From a virus (taxonomy: Duplodnaviria > Caudoviricetes): 64,000 nt of DNA. The stretch spans positions 1,531-65,530 of IMG/VR virus record IMGVR_UViG_3300050029_000197. One strand, written 5' to 3'. Positions within the stretch are counted from its first letter, which is position 1. Every line of letters begins with the position of its first letter. Shown here piece by piece: positions 28,134 to 36,711 of this stretch. A program made the translations under genes and the position numbers. The notes beneath the pieces were generated by a model. That model did no database searches. It worked only from the letters and a program-made list of their open reading frames with translations, and was not told where the DNA came from.

Positions 28134-28744
28134 AGCAGCGTCGCGTCCGGTCGAATCGTGCGCGCCTTCGCCTTGCGGAACACCAAAAGCGTGCTGTAGT
28201 TCCGGCGCGCGTGCACCTGTCGGGTACCGGCGGGCTGCTCGCGGTGGCCGAGGATCAAGAACGCGTCCACGAGCCGCAGCCCGAGCGTCTGTGCGTGCCC
28301 GGTGAACTCGTGGGTCTGCCAGCGGACCTTCCCGCCGTTCACCTGGTCCTGACACTTGACGAGGAGATGCCCGTCGAGCGCGAGCACCCGTTTGCATTCG
28401 GTGATCCCGTCCCGGATGAGCTGATGTCGGCCGTCGCGCGTGTCGACGACGTCCACGCCATAGGGGGCATCGACCTTGTCGGTCGGGGTGCCATTCAGCT
28501 TGTAGGGCGGATCGAAGGCGATCGCGTCGAACGACTCGTCGGGGTGAGGAAGATGGCGGAAGTCGACACCGTCGGTCTTGAGGTCATGCGCGACGAGCCC
28601 ATCGGGACACCACGCCGTCCACCACTTGCCGCGGCCGTAGGTGGGGTCGAGGACGCGGCCGGTCAGGTAGCCGAGCCGAGCACAGTCCGCGATCAGCTCA
28701 GCATTCGTCGCCCATGCCTGCGCGGCGAGGATCGTCTCCGTCAC
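28130..28744 (-). CDS. DNA N6-adenine/N4-cytosine methyltransferase
   Basis: 'VLDPTYGRGKWW' (motif I) and 'IAFDPPY' (motif IV). Confidence 0.85.
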   Translation of the reverse strand: MTETILAAQAWATNAELIADCARLGYLTGRVLDPTYGRGKWWTAWCPDGLVAHDLKTDGVDFRHLPHPDESFDAIAFDPPYKLNGTPTDKVDAPYGVDVVDTRDGRHQLIRDGITECKRVLALDGHLLVKCQDQVNGGKVRWQTHEFTGHAQTLGLRLVDAFLILGHREQPAGTRQVHARRNYSTLLVFRKAKARTIRPDATLL

Positions 28745-29085
28745 GCCGAGACGCGCTCGAGCTCGGGTCGCGCGCCGACGTACCCGTCGCGCGCCCATTT
28801 GTACCGGGCGGTCGCGAGGCGGATCCGGTCGAGGTCGTCGTCGACGCGCGGCCGTGCGAGGTACCGGCAGCGAGGCTGATCCGCAATGTTGGCGGTGCCT
28901 CGTTCTGCTGGTGGGAGACGGTTCACGAGCCCGACCGACACGAGCGCGTCGAGGAGCAGCCTCGTTTTGCGGTGCGAGATGGTGCCGTCGCGCATGGCGC
29001 CCAGCTTGACGACGACGTCGTGACAGGTTGACGGGCCCGACGCGTCGCGCAGAGCGACGAGGACCGTGAGGGCGCCGACCTTCAT
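28741..29085 (-). CDS. hypothetical protein, possible wHTH
   Basis: 'LLDALVSVGLVNR' wHTH-like; coupled ORF. Confidence 0.45.
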   Translation of the reverse strand: MKVGALTVLVALRDASGPSTCHDVVVKLGAMRDGTISHRKTRLLLDALVSVGLVNRLPPAERGTANIADQPRCRYLARPRVDDDLDRIRLATARYKWARDGYVGARPELERVSA

Positions 29086-29378
29086 CGTGCGGCCTCGCCA
29101 TCCCCGCATATTGGGCGCGCGGCGGCGAAGCACTCAGCGCAGTTCTGCTGCACGACGCCCGGACCGAACACGCCGCCGCCCACGCTCCATCCGCGAATAT
29201 CGGCCTCCTCGATCACGGCCCACGTCTCGGGGTCGCGCCGATCGAATCTCGTCAAGCCGCAGAGCGTGTCGCCTGGCGTGCCGCCGTTCTCGGATCGGCG
29301 AACGAGGTGCGTTGTCTGCACGTTCGGCCCGGTCGTCGTTCGTAGCGGAGCGGTCCCGTCAGGCACGATCGCGGTCAC
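29082..29378 (-). CDS. hypothetical protein with Zn-finger-like motif
   Basis: 'THLV...TLCGL...CAEC'; GTG 7 nt after a class M -10 element. Confidence 0.55.
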   Translation of the reverse strand: MTAIVPDGTAPLRTTTGPNVQTTHLVRRSENGGTPGDTLCGLTRFDRRDPETWAVIEEADIRGWSVGGGVFGPGVVQQNCAECFAAARPICGDGEAAR

Positions 29379-29381
29379 GCC

Positions 29382-29407
29382 GTTCAGTATGCCTGCACCC
29401 TGAGACA
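29382..29407 (-). promoter_or_regulatory. class M promoter, 26 bp identical to 57860-57885
   Basis: TGTCTCAGGGTGCAGGCATACTGAAC present twice. Confidence 0.75.
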
Positions 29408-29409
29408 CG

Positions 29410-29646
29410 TCAGTCGATCACGTAGAACTCGTCGCCGACCGGCCGCACGTGTGCGAGCGGCACCGACGAGCGCGACTCGGTGCCGTGCCAGTCGACGAGG
29501 ACCTGCAGCTCGTCGCACTCGACCCGCGACTGTTGGATGCCCCGGTAGAACCGCCACGCGGTGTGCGACACGGAGTGGACGTGGCCGACCGCGTTGCGGC
29601 GGTGGATGATCGCGCCGGCCGGGATGGTGACGGTCGTGTCACCCAT
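29410..29646 (-). CDS. hypothetical protein
   Basis: ORF MGDTTVTI... Confidence 0.5.
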   Translation of the reverse strand: MGDTTVTIPAGAIIHRRNAVGHVHSVSHTAWRFYRGIQQSRVECDELQVLVDWHGTESRSSVPLAHVRPVGDEFYVID

Positions 29647-30038
29647 CACGCGACCGCCTGGAGGACTGCGCTGGCGGCGTCTTGGAGCCAGCGGGGGGTG
29701 AGGTCGTAGAAGTCGGGGCGGCTGCAGGCCCGGCGGATCAGCACCAGCGACGCCTCGAGCAAGGCTGCCTTCTCGATCGCCTTGACCAGCATGACGTTGA
29801 GCCGGTCGGGGTCGTCGAGCAGCTCGAGGGCGCTGTCCAGGTTGCCGACCTCGGCGACTTCGAGCGCGAACGGCACGTACTGCACCTCCCACGGGGTCCC
29901 TCGGGTTTCGAGCCGTTGGACCCGCCAGAGGCCGTCGTCGGTCGTCGCGAGCCAACACTCGGCCCGGGTGCCCGACGTGGGGTCGTTGTGCCGCCGGAAC
30001 GTCTGGAGGTAGTGCTTCGTGATCGTCGGGGCGGTCAT
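29646..30038 (-). CDS. hypothetical protein
   Basis: ORF MTAPTITKHY..., coupled. Confidence 0.55.
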   Translation of the reverse strand: MTAPTITKHYLQTFRRHNDPTSGTRAECWLATTDDGLWRVQRLETRGTPWEVQYVPFALEVAEVGNLDSALELLDDPDRLNVMLVKAIEKAALLEASLVLIRRACSRPDFYDLTPRWLQDAASAVLQAVA

Positions 30039-30406
30039 GACTGTGCCGCCTTCAAGCGTGACGCCGCGGCCCGGTTGAACGAGCCGCGCTCGTCCTGGAT
30101 CGCGCACGCGAGCACGTAGGCCGCGTTGAACGTCGCCTCGCCGACCCACTCCGGCCAGGTCGGGCCGTCGTATTCGGCTTTCGTGCGCGGGCAGTCGTGG
30201 TCGCACGCGTAGCTGTAGCCGAAGCAGCGGTTGAACGCGTTGTCCGGGTGGAGCATGCACTTCGTCGAATGCTCCGGCCATGCCGCTTCGATGCCCTGCT
30301 GACGCAAGATCGACTGGGCGAGCGCCAGCCGGTGCGTCGTCCGGGCGCACTCGATGTCGTAGGTCCGGCCCTTCTTGACGAGCCGACCGCCGTTGGTCAA
30401 TGTCAT
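30035..30406 (-). CDS. hypothetical protein
   Basis: GGAGG RBS, first gene after a class E promoter. Confidence 0.6.
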   Translation of the reverse strand: MTLTNGGRLVKKGRTYDIECARTTHRLALAQSILRQQGIEAAWPEHSTKCMLHPDNAFNRCFGYSYACDHDCPRTKAEYDGPTWPEWVGEATFNAAYVLACAIQDERGSFNRAAASRLKAAQS

Positions 30407-30440
30407 TGCGTCTACCTCCCTGAACCCCCTGTCCCTCAAG

Positions 30441-30480
30441 GGTATAGGACAACTATACCAGACGGGTGGGCGGGAAGCAA
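30441..30480 (-). promoter_or_regulatory. class E sigmaA-like promoter with palindromic operator
   Basis: TTGCTT-N17-TATAGT; GGTATAG-GACAA-CTATACC. Confidence 0.8.
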
Positions 30481-30876
30481 TCAGGAATGTGGGCCCGGGG
30501 TCATGCCGTCGACGCGTTCGAGGTCGCCGATCGTCCGGTCGAGCATCGGAGCGAACGTCGACTGGCGGGCCACGCACCACCTCACCCGGTAGGTGAGGCC
30601 GGTCAGTTCGTCGTCGACCCAGTCGTCTTTGCGGAGATCGCACGGGTCCGCCGAGAGCGCGACGGCCATCTCGGGGAAGTTCGCGCCGTCGCGGAAGTCG
30701 CGAAACTTCGAGACGAGGATCTTGCCGATGTTCGCCGGGATGCCCGTCGCGACGACCTTCGTGCTCTCTGGGTCTTCCCACGGATCCGACCACGCGTCCT
30801 GATCGTCCGGGGCGCCGTCGGCGTAGTTGTTGGGCCGGCGGATCGTGATCGTCGTCACTGGCAGGGGGATACTCAT
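30481..30876 (-). CDS. head-to-tail stopper/head closure protein
   Basis: 'TTITIRRP...DPW...VATGIPANI...DLRKDDWV.D...YRV' and synteny. Confidence 0.65.
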   Translation of the reverse strand: MSIPLPVTTITIRRPNNYADGAPDDQDAWSDPWEDPESTKVVATGIPANIGKILVSKFRDFRDGANFPEMAVALSADPCDLRKDDWVDDELTGLTYRVRWCVARQSTFAPMLDRTIGDLERVDGMTPGPHS

Positions 30877-31109
30877 GACGGGCCGATCCCAGTCGCGATG
30901 CCGTCGTGGTCGTCGCAGCCGCGCGCGCAGCGCCGGTAGACGCCGGGCCCATACGCGACCCGCTCGTCGACGGTGCCGGCGAGGAGCAGCACGGCCACTG
31001 AGTCGAACCCGCAGGTGGGGCATTGTTCGTCGGGAAGCCGGGCCACGATCTCGACCTTGATGACAACGGCGACCGGGTCGCCGACCTTGTGCTCGCGCGG
31101 TTCGTTCAT
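30873..31109 (-). CDS. small Zn-ribbon hypothetical protein inserted among head-tail genes
   Basis: CPTC...CARGC; coupled on both sides. Confidence 0.5.
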   Translation of the reverse strand: MNEPREHKVGDPVAVVIKVEIVARLPDEQCPTCGFDSVAVLLLAGTVDERVAYGPGVYRRCARGCDDHDGIATGIGPS

Positions 31110-31612
31110 AGCTCGAACGGGAAGTTGGGCGGCAGGTCGTCGAGCCACCGGGGCAGGTCATCGTTCTCGACCCGCTGCGACGGAAGCTGCGGATTGTCGT
31201 GCATGCCGAGCCGGAAGTAGGGGCCGTCATCGACCGCGGTCAACCCGAGGCCTAGCGGGACACCCTTGAATGGTGCGAGCCCATCGACGCGTTCCGCCTG
31301 CCGGTCGAGGTCCTGACCCATGGCCTCGAAGTGTTCGAGCTGCGTCGCGAGGGACGCCTTCGCGTCCCCGTCGGCGACGTCGACACGTTGCGCAGCACGG
31401 GCTTTGATGTGGCGCATCGCCGCCGCCGCGGTCGTGTAGCAACGGTCGAGGCCGGTGAGCGGGTCGTTCCAGCGGGCGAGCTCGTAGGTGAGTTCGGCGT
31501 CGGACAGCCACCAGGCGCCGTCGAAGCCGGTGTCGCCGGTCAGGTGGCGGACGAGGTCAAGATGGCTCGATGCCGGGTCGCCCGTGTAGCGCGCGTCGCC
31601 GACGCTCGGCAT
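31106..31612 (-). CDS. head-to-tail adaptor
   Basis: 'YTGDP...DLVRHLTGDT...LSDAEL...F..GMHDN'. Confidence 0.8.
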   Translation of the reverse strand: MPSVGDARYTGDPASSHLDLVRHLTGDTGFDGAWWLSDAELTYELARWNDPLTGLDRCYTTAAAAMRHIKARAAQRVDVADGDAKASLATQLEHFEAMGQDLDRQAERVDGLAPFKGVPLGLGLTAVDDGPYFRLGMHDNPQLPSQRVENDDLPRWLDDLPPNFPFEL

Positions 31613-31615
31613 TGC

Positions 31616-32356
31616 CTACTCCGTGGCGACAGGCGGTGCGCCGACGGGTGTGTGAGCACCGAGGTCGGCGTCACCGCCCATGCCACCACTACCGGACTGC
31701 GTGTCGCCCTCGACGGCGGCCGGAGCGGTTCGTGTGATCGCCTGCGCTACCGCGGTCCTGGGATCGCCACCGTCGGGCACGTCGACCGGGTTGCCCCGCG
31801 TGTCGGTGAGTGACGCAAGATCGTGCTCGATGCTGTCCGGAGCGGTCTCGGCGTCGTCCGCGGGGCGTGAGATGACGGTGACGGCCGGCGCGTCGCCAGG
31901 TGCACTGTTCTCATCGTCGGGACGCGCTGCGACCGTGACGCCGGCGACACCGGGAGCGGCCGTGCCAGCGAGGCGAGCCTCGAGCTCGGCGATGCGTTGC
32001 AACGCATCGTGCAGCGACGCGTTGACGGCGCCCTTCTCCGGGTCGGCTTCATTCACATCGAGGACCGGGGCACGGTCGCCGAGGTCGACGGCCTCCTCGG
32101 AGAGCTGGTTCGTGCCGTTGTCGGCGTTCGTGATCAGAAACGCGCCGTGCGGCGCCTCCGGGATCTCGCTGGCGTCGACCGACCCGGCCGGGCCGAGGTA
32201 GCCGAGGTGCACGAGCCGAGTCGCGCTTATACCCCCGGACGGGATCCACGAGTCGTACACGACGGTGCCGGGCGGGCATTGGTACGACTCGTCACCGATG
32301 CCGAGCGAGAATGCGCCGGGCTTTTCGAGCACGACGTAGCGGGCGACACGTGCCAT
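31616..32356 (-). CDS. hypothetical head-associated protein
   Basis: Between the capsid and adaptor genes; low-complexity acidic C-terminus. Confidence 0.55.
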   Translation of the reverse strand: MARVARYVVLEKPGAFSLGIGDESYQCPPGTVVYDSWIPSGGISATRLVHLGYLGPAGSVDASEIPEAPHGAFLITNADNGTNQLSEEAVDLGDRAPVLDVNEADPEKGAVNASLHDALQRIAELEARLAGTAAPGVAGVTVAARPDDENSAPGDAPAVTVISRPADDAETAPDSIEHDLASLTDTRGNPVDVPDGGDPRTAVAQAITRTAPAAVEGDTQSGSGGMGGDADLGAHTPVGAPPVATE

Positions 32357-32385
32357 CGAAGGCTCCTACTCGAAGGTCGAAATTC

Positions 32386-33369
32386 CTATTGCACGAGCCC
32401 GGAGAAGAAGACGCCGAGGTCGGGGGCGACGACGCGCATGTCGTACGCGGTGCGGGCCTCGAACACGTCGGAGTGCTCCTGCTCCTCACGGAACCGTTCC
32501 ACCGCCGCGGGCGATGATGCGCCCTCGCCGAGGAGGCCGGTCCATGCGAACACGTACCCGGCGGACGGCACTTCGAGCCCGGGCTCTGGCGCGGCGTACA
32601 CGAGCAGCGCGTTCTTCGGGCCGACGATGAAGTCCGACGTGTACGCCTGGCCCTCTTCGGATGTCGTGTTGATCGCGGTCGCGACCCGGACCGAGTCGAC
32701 CGCGAAGTATTCGGCGGCCTTGCCGAGGTCCATCGACAGGGCACCCTGGGTGTATTTCACGCGGTCGATGAAGTCCGGGTGCTGGATCAGGGCCTGCTCG
32801 ACGTCCGAACCGAGGATGAGGCAGTTCGCGCCGTATCCGGTGAGCTTCGTCATCCCGCGCGACCGGCTGCGGATCGTCTTCGACGGCAACGACGTCCCGA
32901 GGTTCCAGAACACGTCGTGCGTCGCGTCGGTCAACGTCGCGTGGCCGGCGATGTCGGTCGTCCAGACGCCGGTCTTCATGAACGAGGACACGAACCGCTT
33001 GTCCCGGTGGATCATGTGCTGACCCATGATGAGCCGGATCTTGGCGCGTTCGCCGTCGTAGCCGGGCGACCAGTTCGCCCGTTCCGAGTCGTCGATCGCC
33101 GCGGACAGGCCCTCTTCGGTGCACGCGTAGCTGGCGGTCGTGAGGTCGTGACCGGTGCGCGGCGAACGGCCTCGCAGCGGGCGGGGGCCGACGTCGTCGC
33201 GGTAGAACGCGTCGCGCGGGTACACCCAGTAGATGTCGGTCTTGTGATTGACCGGCACCGTCGGGAACGCGCCCGGTGCGACGAACGCCGAGTCCTGTTG
33301 CATGTACGCAACAGAGATGGTCGTCAGCAGCGCATCGATGTGGCCCTGGTTGGCTGTCGGCTGGGGCAT
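32386..33369 (-). CDS. major capsid protein
   Basis: 'HIDALLTTISVAYMQ...FVA..AFPTVPV...PSAGYVFAWTG...DMRVVAPDLGVFF'. Confidence 0.92.
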   Translation of the reverse strand: MPQPTANQGHIDALLTTISVAYMQQDSAFVAPGAFPTVPVNHKTDIYWVYPRDAFYRDDVGPRPLRGRSPRTGHDLTTASYACTEEGLSAAIDDSERANWSPGYDGERAKIRLIMGQHMIHRDKRFVSSFMKTGVWTTDIAGHATLTDATHDVFWNLGTSLPSKTIRSRSRGMTKLTGYGANCLILGSDVEQALIQHPDFIDRVKYTQGALSMDLGKAAEYFAVDSVRVATAINTTSEEGQAYTSDFIVGPKNALLVYAAPEPGLEVPSAGYVFAWTGLLGEGASSPAAVERFREEQEHSDVFEARTAYDMRVVAPDLGVFFSGLVQ

Positions 33370-33413
33370 TGTCTACGCCTCCGGTTGGGAAAACATCGAG
33401 GGGGTCAGACGGC

Positions 33414-33785
33414 TCAGACGATGCCGCGGTACTGGAGCAGAACTGGGATGACCGAACCTGCGTTCGCGCATCCCTTTTCGCAGATCCCGACGATTGCGTG
33501 GCCGGTCGTCGCGGCGGTGATCGCGTGGCCGGATCCGTCGATCTGCACTTCGGCGCCGGTCGCGACCGCCGCACCGGCGATGACCTTCGCGGTGTCGCGG
33601 ATCTGCACGGTGCCGACCGCACCCGAGCGCGGGTCGTCGATCATGACGCCGATGGCCTTGCCGCCGGCGGCCGTGTGCAGGGAGATCGTGCCGTCGGACG
33701 CGAGGTCCATGAAGCACATGATGTTCGCGTGCTGGTCGCCGTTCGTGGGGTAGGCCCGCGTAGGGCCGTCCTGCCAGAAACTCAT
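33414..33785 (-). CDS. capsid decoration/cement protein (DUF2190-like)
   Basis: 'AIGVM...G.V.TV...AKVIAGAAVATGAEV..DGSGHAITA'. Confidence 0.8.
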   Translation of the reverse strand: MSFWQDGPTRAYPTNGDQHANIMCFMDLASDGTISLHTAAGGKAIGVMIDDPRSGAVGTVQIRDTAKVIAGAAVATGAEVQIDGSGHAITAATTGHAIVGICEKGCANAGSVIPVLLQYRGIV

Positions 33786-34573
33786 CGGCCGTTCTCCTTG
33801 TCGTACTCGGCCTTGAGGGCCGGATTGGCCTGGATCGCCTTGTCGACCGCGACCTCGGGTGTGATCGTCGGGTCCGCGGCACGGATGTCGTCGGCGGCCT
33901 TTTGGATCTGCGCCCACGCGCCGCCGACGGCGATGTCACCGGAGCCGTGGACCTTGAACGCGTCGGACTTCACTGCGACCGCCTCCGCGGAACGGAGCAC
34001 CCGCTCGAGCTCGGCGAACTGCTCCGGCTCGAGCGCGTCCCACGCGGCGCGCAGCACCGGCGCGAACGCCTTCGGGGTGACACCGATGTTGGTGAAGTCG
34101 GACTTGACGACGTCGACCCACTCGCCGTCGATGCGCCGCGACTCTTCGGCCTTCGCGACCCGCTCGGCCTCTTCGGCCCGCTTGCCCGTCTCCTCCGCCG
34201 TCTTCTGCACGGCGGCGAAGTGGGCGCGCAGTTCGGGATCGAGGGTCTCCATCGCCTTCGCGACCGCCTCTGGAGTGCCCGGCGCGGGCGCGCTGCCCGC
34301 GGCCTTCTCGGCGCGGAGCGTCTCGAGCTCGGCGGTCAAGGTGACGAGGTCGGCCTCGGCCTTCTCGGCGCGCTGTTCCGCGGTGGGCGTGTCGGTCGCG
34401 GTCGTCACGATTGCCTCCTCGACGGGGGTGCCGTCTGCCTTTTGTATGGCCCAGCCGTCGACTCCGTCGGCGCCGAGCTGCTCACGATTCGCGGCGCGAC
34501 GCACGCCCGCAACGCCGGTCTGCCGAAGCGCAGACATGCGCCGGGGGGCCGCCTTGGTGGTCGTCGCCGTCAT
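33782..34573 (-). CDS. scaffolding protein
   Basis: Helical Ala/Glu/Lys-rich protein upstream of decoration and capsid genes, ending 'ANPALKAEY'. Confidence 0.7.
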   Translation of the reverse strand: MTATTTKAAPRRMSALRQTGVAGVRRAANREQLGADGVDGWAIQKADGTPVEEAIVTTATDTPTAEQRAEKAEADLVTLTAELETLRAEKAAGSAPAPGTPEAVAKAMETLDPELRAHFAAVQKTAEETGKRAEEAERVAKAEESRRIDGEWVDVVKSDFTNIGVTPKAFAPVLRAAWDALEPEQFAELERVLRSAEAVAVKSDAFKVHGSGDIAVGGAWAQIQKAADDIRAADPTITPEVAVDKAIQANPALKAEYDKENGR

Positions 34574-34584
34574 CGAGCGGTATC

Positions 34585-34604
34585 AAACCACACGCGTGTC
34601 GTTT
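34585..34604 (-). promoter_or_regulatory. class L promoter motif
   Basis: AAACGACACGCGTGTGGTTTGAT shortly before ATG 34573. Confidence 0.75.
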
Positions 34605-34634
34605 AGCGGGGGGATACCCACCCGGCGCGCGAAA

Positions 34635-36167
34635 TCAGGCTGGGGGAGTGGCGTCGTCGTAGAGCGTGAACCCTTCGAGCGACAGGCCCTGGATCTCCTT
34701 GCGGAGCACCTTCTCCCAACCGAAGTCGTTCCACACGACGCCCATCCACACCGTCCCGGCCGGCACCTCGACTGATTTGCGGACACCGTCGACGGTCGCG
34801 AGCTCGCATGTGACCGGGTACGGCCAGGTGACGAGGTCGACCCATTCGCCGGCGTCGGTGCCGGGGAAGTGCTGGAGGTTGACGGTCCGATCCCCGCAAC
34901 GGACGTAGTCCCACTGCGCCTCTTGGAGCGAGTCCTCGGTGATCCATTCCTTGTGCGTGTCGAGCCGGCCGGGCACGTACATGGGTGCGAACGTGTATCG
35001 CTTCGCCGCGTCCGATTTGCCGACCGCCATCTGCACATACGACGGGCCAAGGTCCTGGTCGTCCATTGGTTCGGCCCACCCGCCGATGAGTGGGAAGTGT
35101 GCGACGACCCCGCCGACCGCGACACAGAACGAGTCGACGATCCACTCGGCCGACTCGGGCAACGGCAACGCTTGCAGCGCGGTCGGGTCGGTCGCGGTCG
35201 CGAGCGTCACGTGCGGGACGAACCCGTGCGTGAAGTCGTCGACGGGCAACCCTTGCGCGTTGAGCTGCTCGATCAGATCGGCACGCAGGTCGGACAGGTC
35301 GATCGAGTCGATGAGCGCGACCGCCGTGTACCAGGGGCCGTCACTGTCCGCATCACCGTCGTCTTCACCTTGGGCGAGGGGCGCGTCGTTGTCGTCATCG
35401 TCGTCGTCGGTGTCGGGGATGAAGATGCCGACACCGGACACCTCCGCACCGAACGGTGAGATCGAACATGCTGCGCGCATCGCCGACGCGACAAGCGTCA
35501 ACGCTTGCGACACCCGGCCCGCGGGGATCCGCACGTACGCGAGGGTGACGTGCATGTCCTCCGCGGCCTGGCAGAGCACACCATCGCTGTCGGGAAGTTC
35601 GAGCGCCATCGCGATGTCGGATGGGAGGCCGAACCCGATCATGCACGGCACGACCTCGTCGTCAGGAATGGAACCGACTGCGTCCATGAACTGGGAGCGC
35701 GCATCCGCCGGGGACAGGTCCGCCTTCTGCACGCCGACGAGCTTCTCCGCGACGTCGGCGTACAGGCGGGTCGCCTTCGCGATGTCGTACGCGACGAGCA
35801 CCCCATGCGACACCGCGCGCGGTTCGGCCTTCGCGAGCGGCGCCGGCAACCGCCGGTCCGGGTACAGGGCCCGGTACGCCTTCGCGATCCTGGGCGACGC
35901 CTCCGCGCGCGCGACGTCGTCCATGCGGGCCAGTGCACCCATCGCCGCGTGGAGCCGACCCTGAGAAATGACGCCGTCGGCGGTCTTCCACAGCGGATGC
36001 CGCCACGTGGACCGGTCGGCCCGATCGCCGATGAGGGCGAACGCGTCGGCGGGCAGGTCCGCGGCCTTGGCCGTCTGCGACGGGATCTTCGCCTTCGGCT
36101 TCTTCTTGCCCGTACCGCCCGAGAGGAGCTCGTCGACGTGACCTTCGTTCGCGGTGGGGTCGGGCAT
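34635..36167 (-). CDS. XkdF-like capsid maturation protease fused to a 2H phosphoesterase (2'-5' RNA ligase-like) domain
   Basis: Two HxT motifs (MHVTLAY, PHVTLAT); C-terminal 'KRYTFAPMYVP..LDTHKEW...GTVWMGV...WEKV..EIQGLSLEG'. Confidence 0.8.
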   Translation of the reverse strand: MPDPTANEGHVDELLSGGTGKKKPKAKIPSQTAKAADLPADAFALIGDRADRSTWRHPLWKTADGVISQGRLHAAMGALARMDDVARAEASPRIAKAYRALYPDRRLPAPLAKAEPRAVSHGVLVAYDIAKATRLYADVAEKLVGVQKADLSPADARSQFMDAVGSIPDDEVVPCMIGFGLPSDIAMALELPDSDGVLCQAAEDMHVTLAYVRIPAGRVSQALTLVASAMRAACSISPFGAEVSGVGIFIPDTDDDDDDNDAPLAQGEDDGDADSDGPWYTAVALIDSIDLSDLRADLIEQLNAQGLPVDDFTHGFVPHVTLATATDPTALQALPLPESAEWIVDSFCVAVGGVVAHFPLIGGWAEPMDDQDLGPSYVQMAVGKSDAAKRYTFAPMYVPGRLDTHKEWITEDSLQEAQWDYVRCGDRTVNLQHFPGTDAGEWVDLVTWPYPVTCELATVDGVRKSVEVPAGTVWMGVVWNDFGWEKVLRKEIQGLSLEGFTLYDDATPPA

Positions 36168-36258
36168 GAGGTGGACTGTACGCCGCCACGGTCGTTTCGG
36201 CTGGGTTGGGTATAGGGAGACTGTTTTCAGTGTCTCACCGGACTGCGATGCTGAGGTC

Positions 36259-36711
36259 GTGAGCACCGACGGACCCGACCTTCCAGTCATTGAGATATGC
36301 GTCGTCTATCGAGCCTTCGCCGCGGACCGTGAGCTCCTCTACGTGGGCGTCACATCACAGTTCATGCAACGTATGCACAAGCATCGCGCGCGCAGTCCTT
36401 GGTGGCGGCTGGCGAGCAGCGTTACCGCCGAAGTGTTTATGACCCGGGCGGAGGGAGTCGCGGCGGAGGCACGAGCTATCGCGGACGAACGTCCTCGGTT
36501 CAACCTGGAAGCCGCACAGCGGCGAAGCGCAGCGGGTCTGATCGCCGGCCGCAAACGAAATATCCTGCTGCGTACGCATTGTCGGAGGGGTCACTCATAC
36601 GACGAGGCGAACACGATGATACGGAAGAGCAAGGGAAGGACCTATCGTGTGTGCAGAAGTTGTGCGCGTGAACTCGGCCGGCTGAGATACGCCCGGCTCA
36701 CTCTTCGGTAG
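36259..36711 (+). CDS. GIY-YIG endonuclease with C-terminal Zn-binding domain (homing-endonuclease-like)
   Basis: 'VVYRAF...LLYVGVT...RM..H...W...E..AI..E.P.FN' plus 'THCRRGHSYDEANT...CRSC'; opposite strand inside the head operon. Confidence 0.85.
   Translation: MSTDGPDLPVIEICVVYRAFAADRELLYVGVTSQFMQRMHKHRARSPWWRLASSVTAEVFMTRAEGVAAEARAIADERPRFNLEAAQRRSAAGLIAGRKRNILLRTHCRRGHSYDEANTMIRKSKGRTYRVCRSCARELGRLRYARLTLR

Noticed and set aside
28130-28744. Methyltransferase as part of a restriction-modification system
   Set aside because: No adjacent endonuclease; orphan methyltransferases of this type are common in phages
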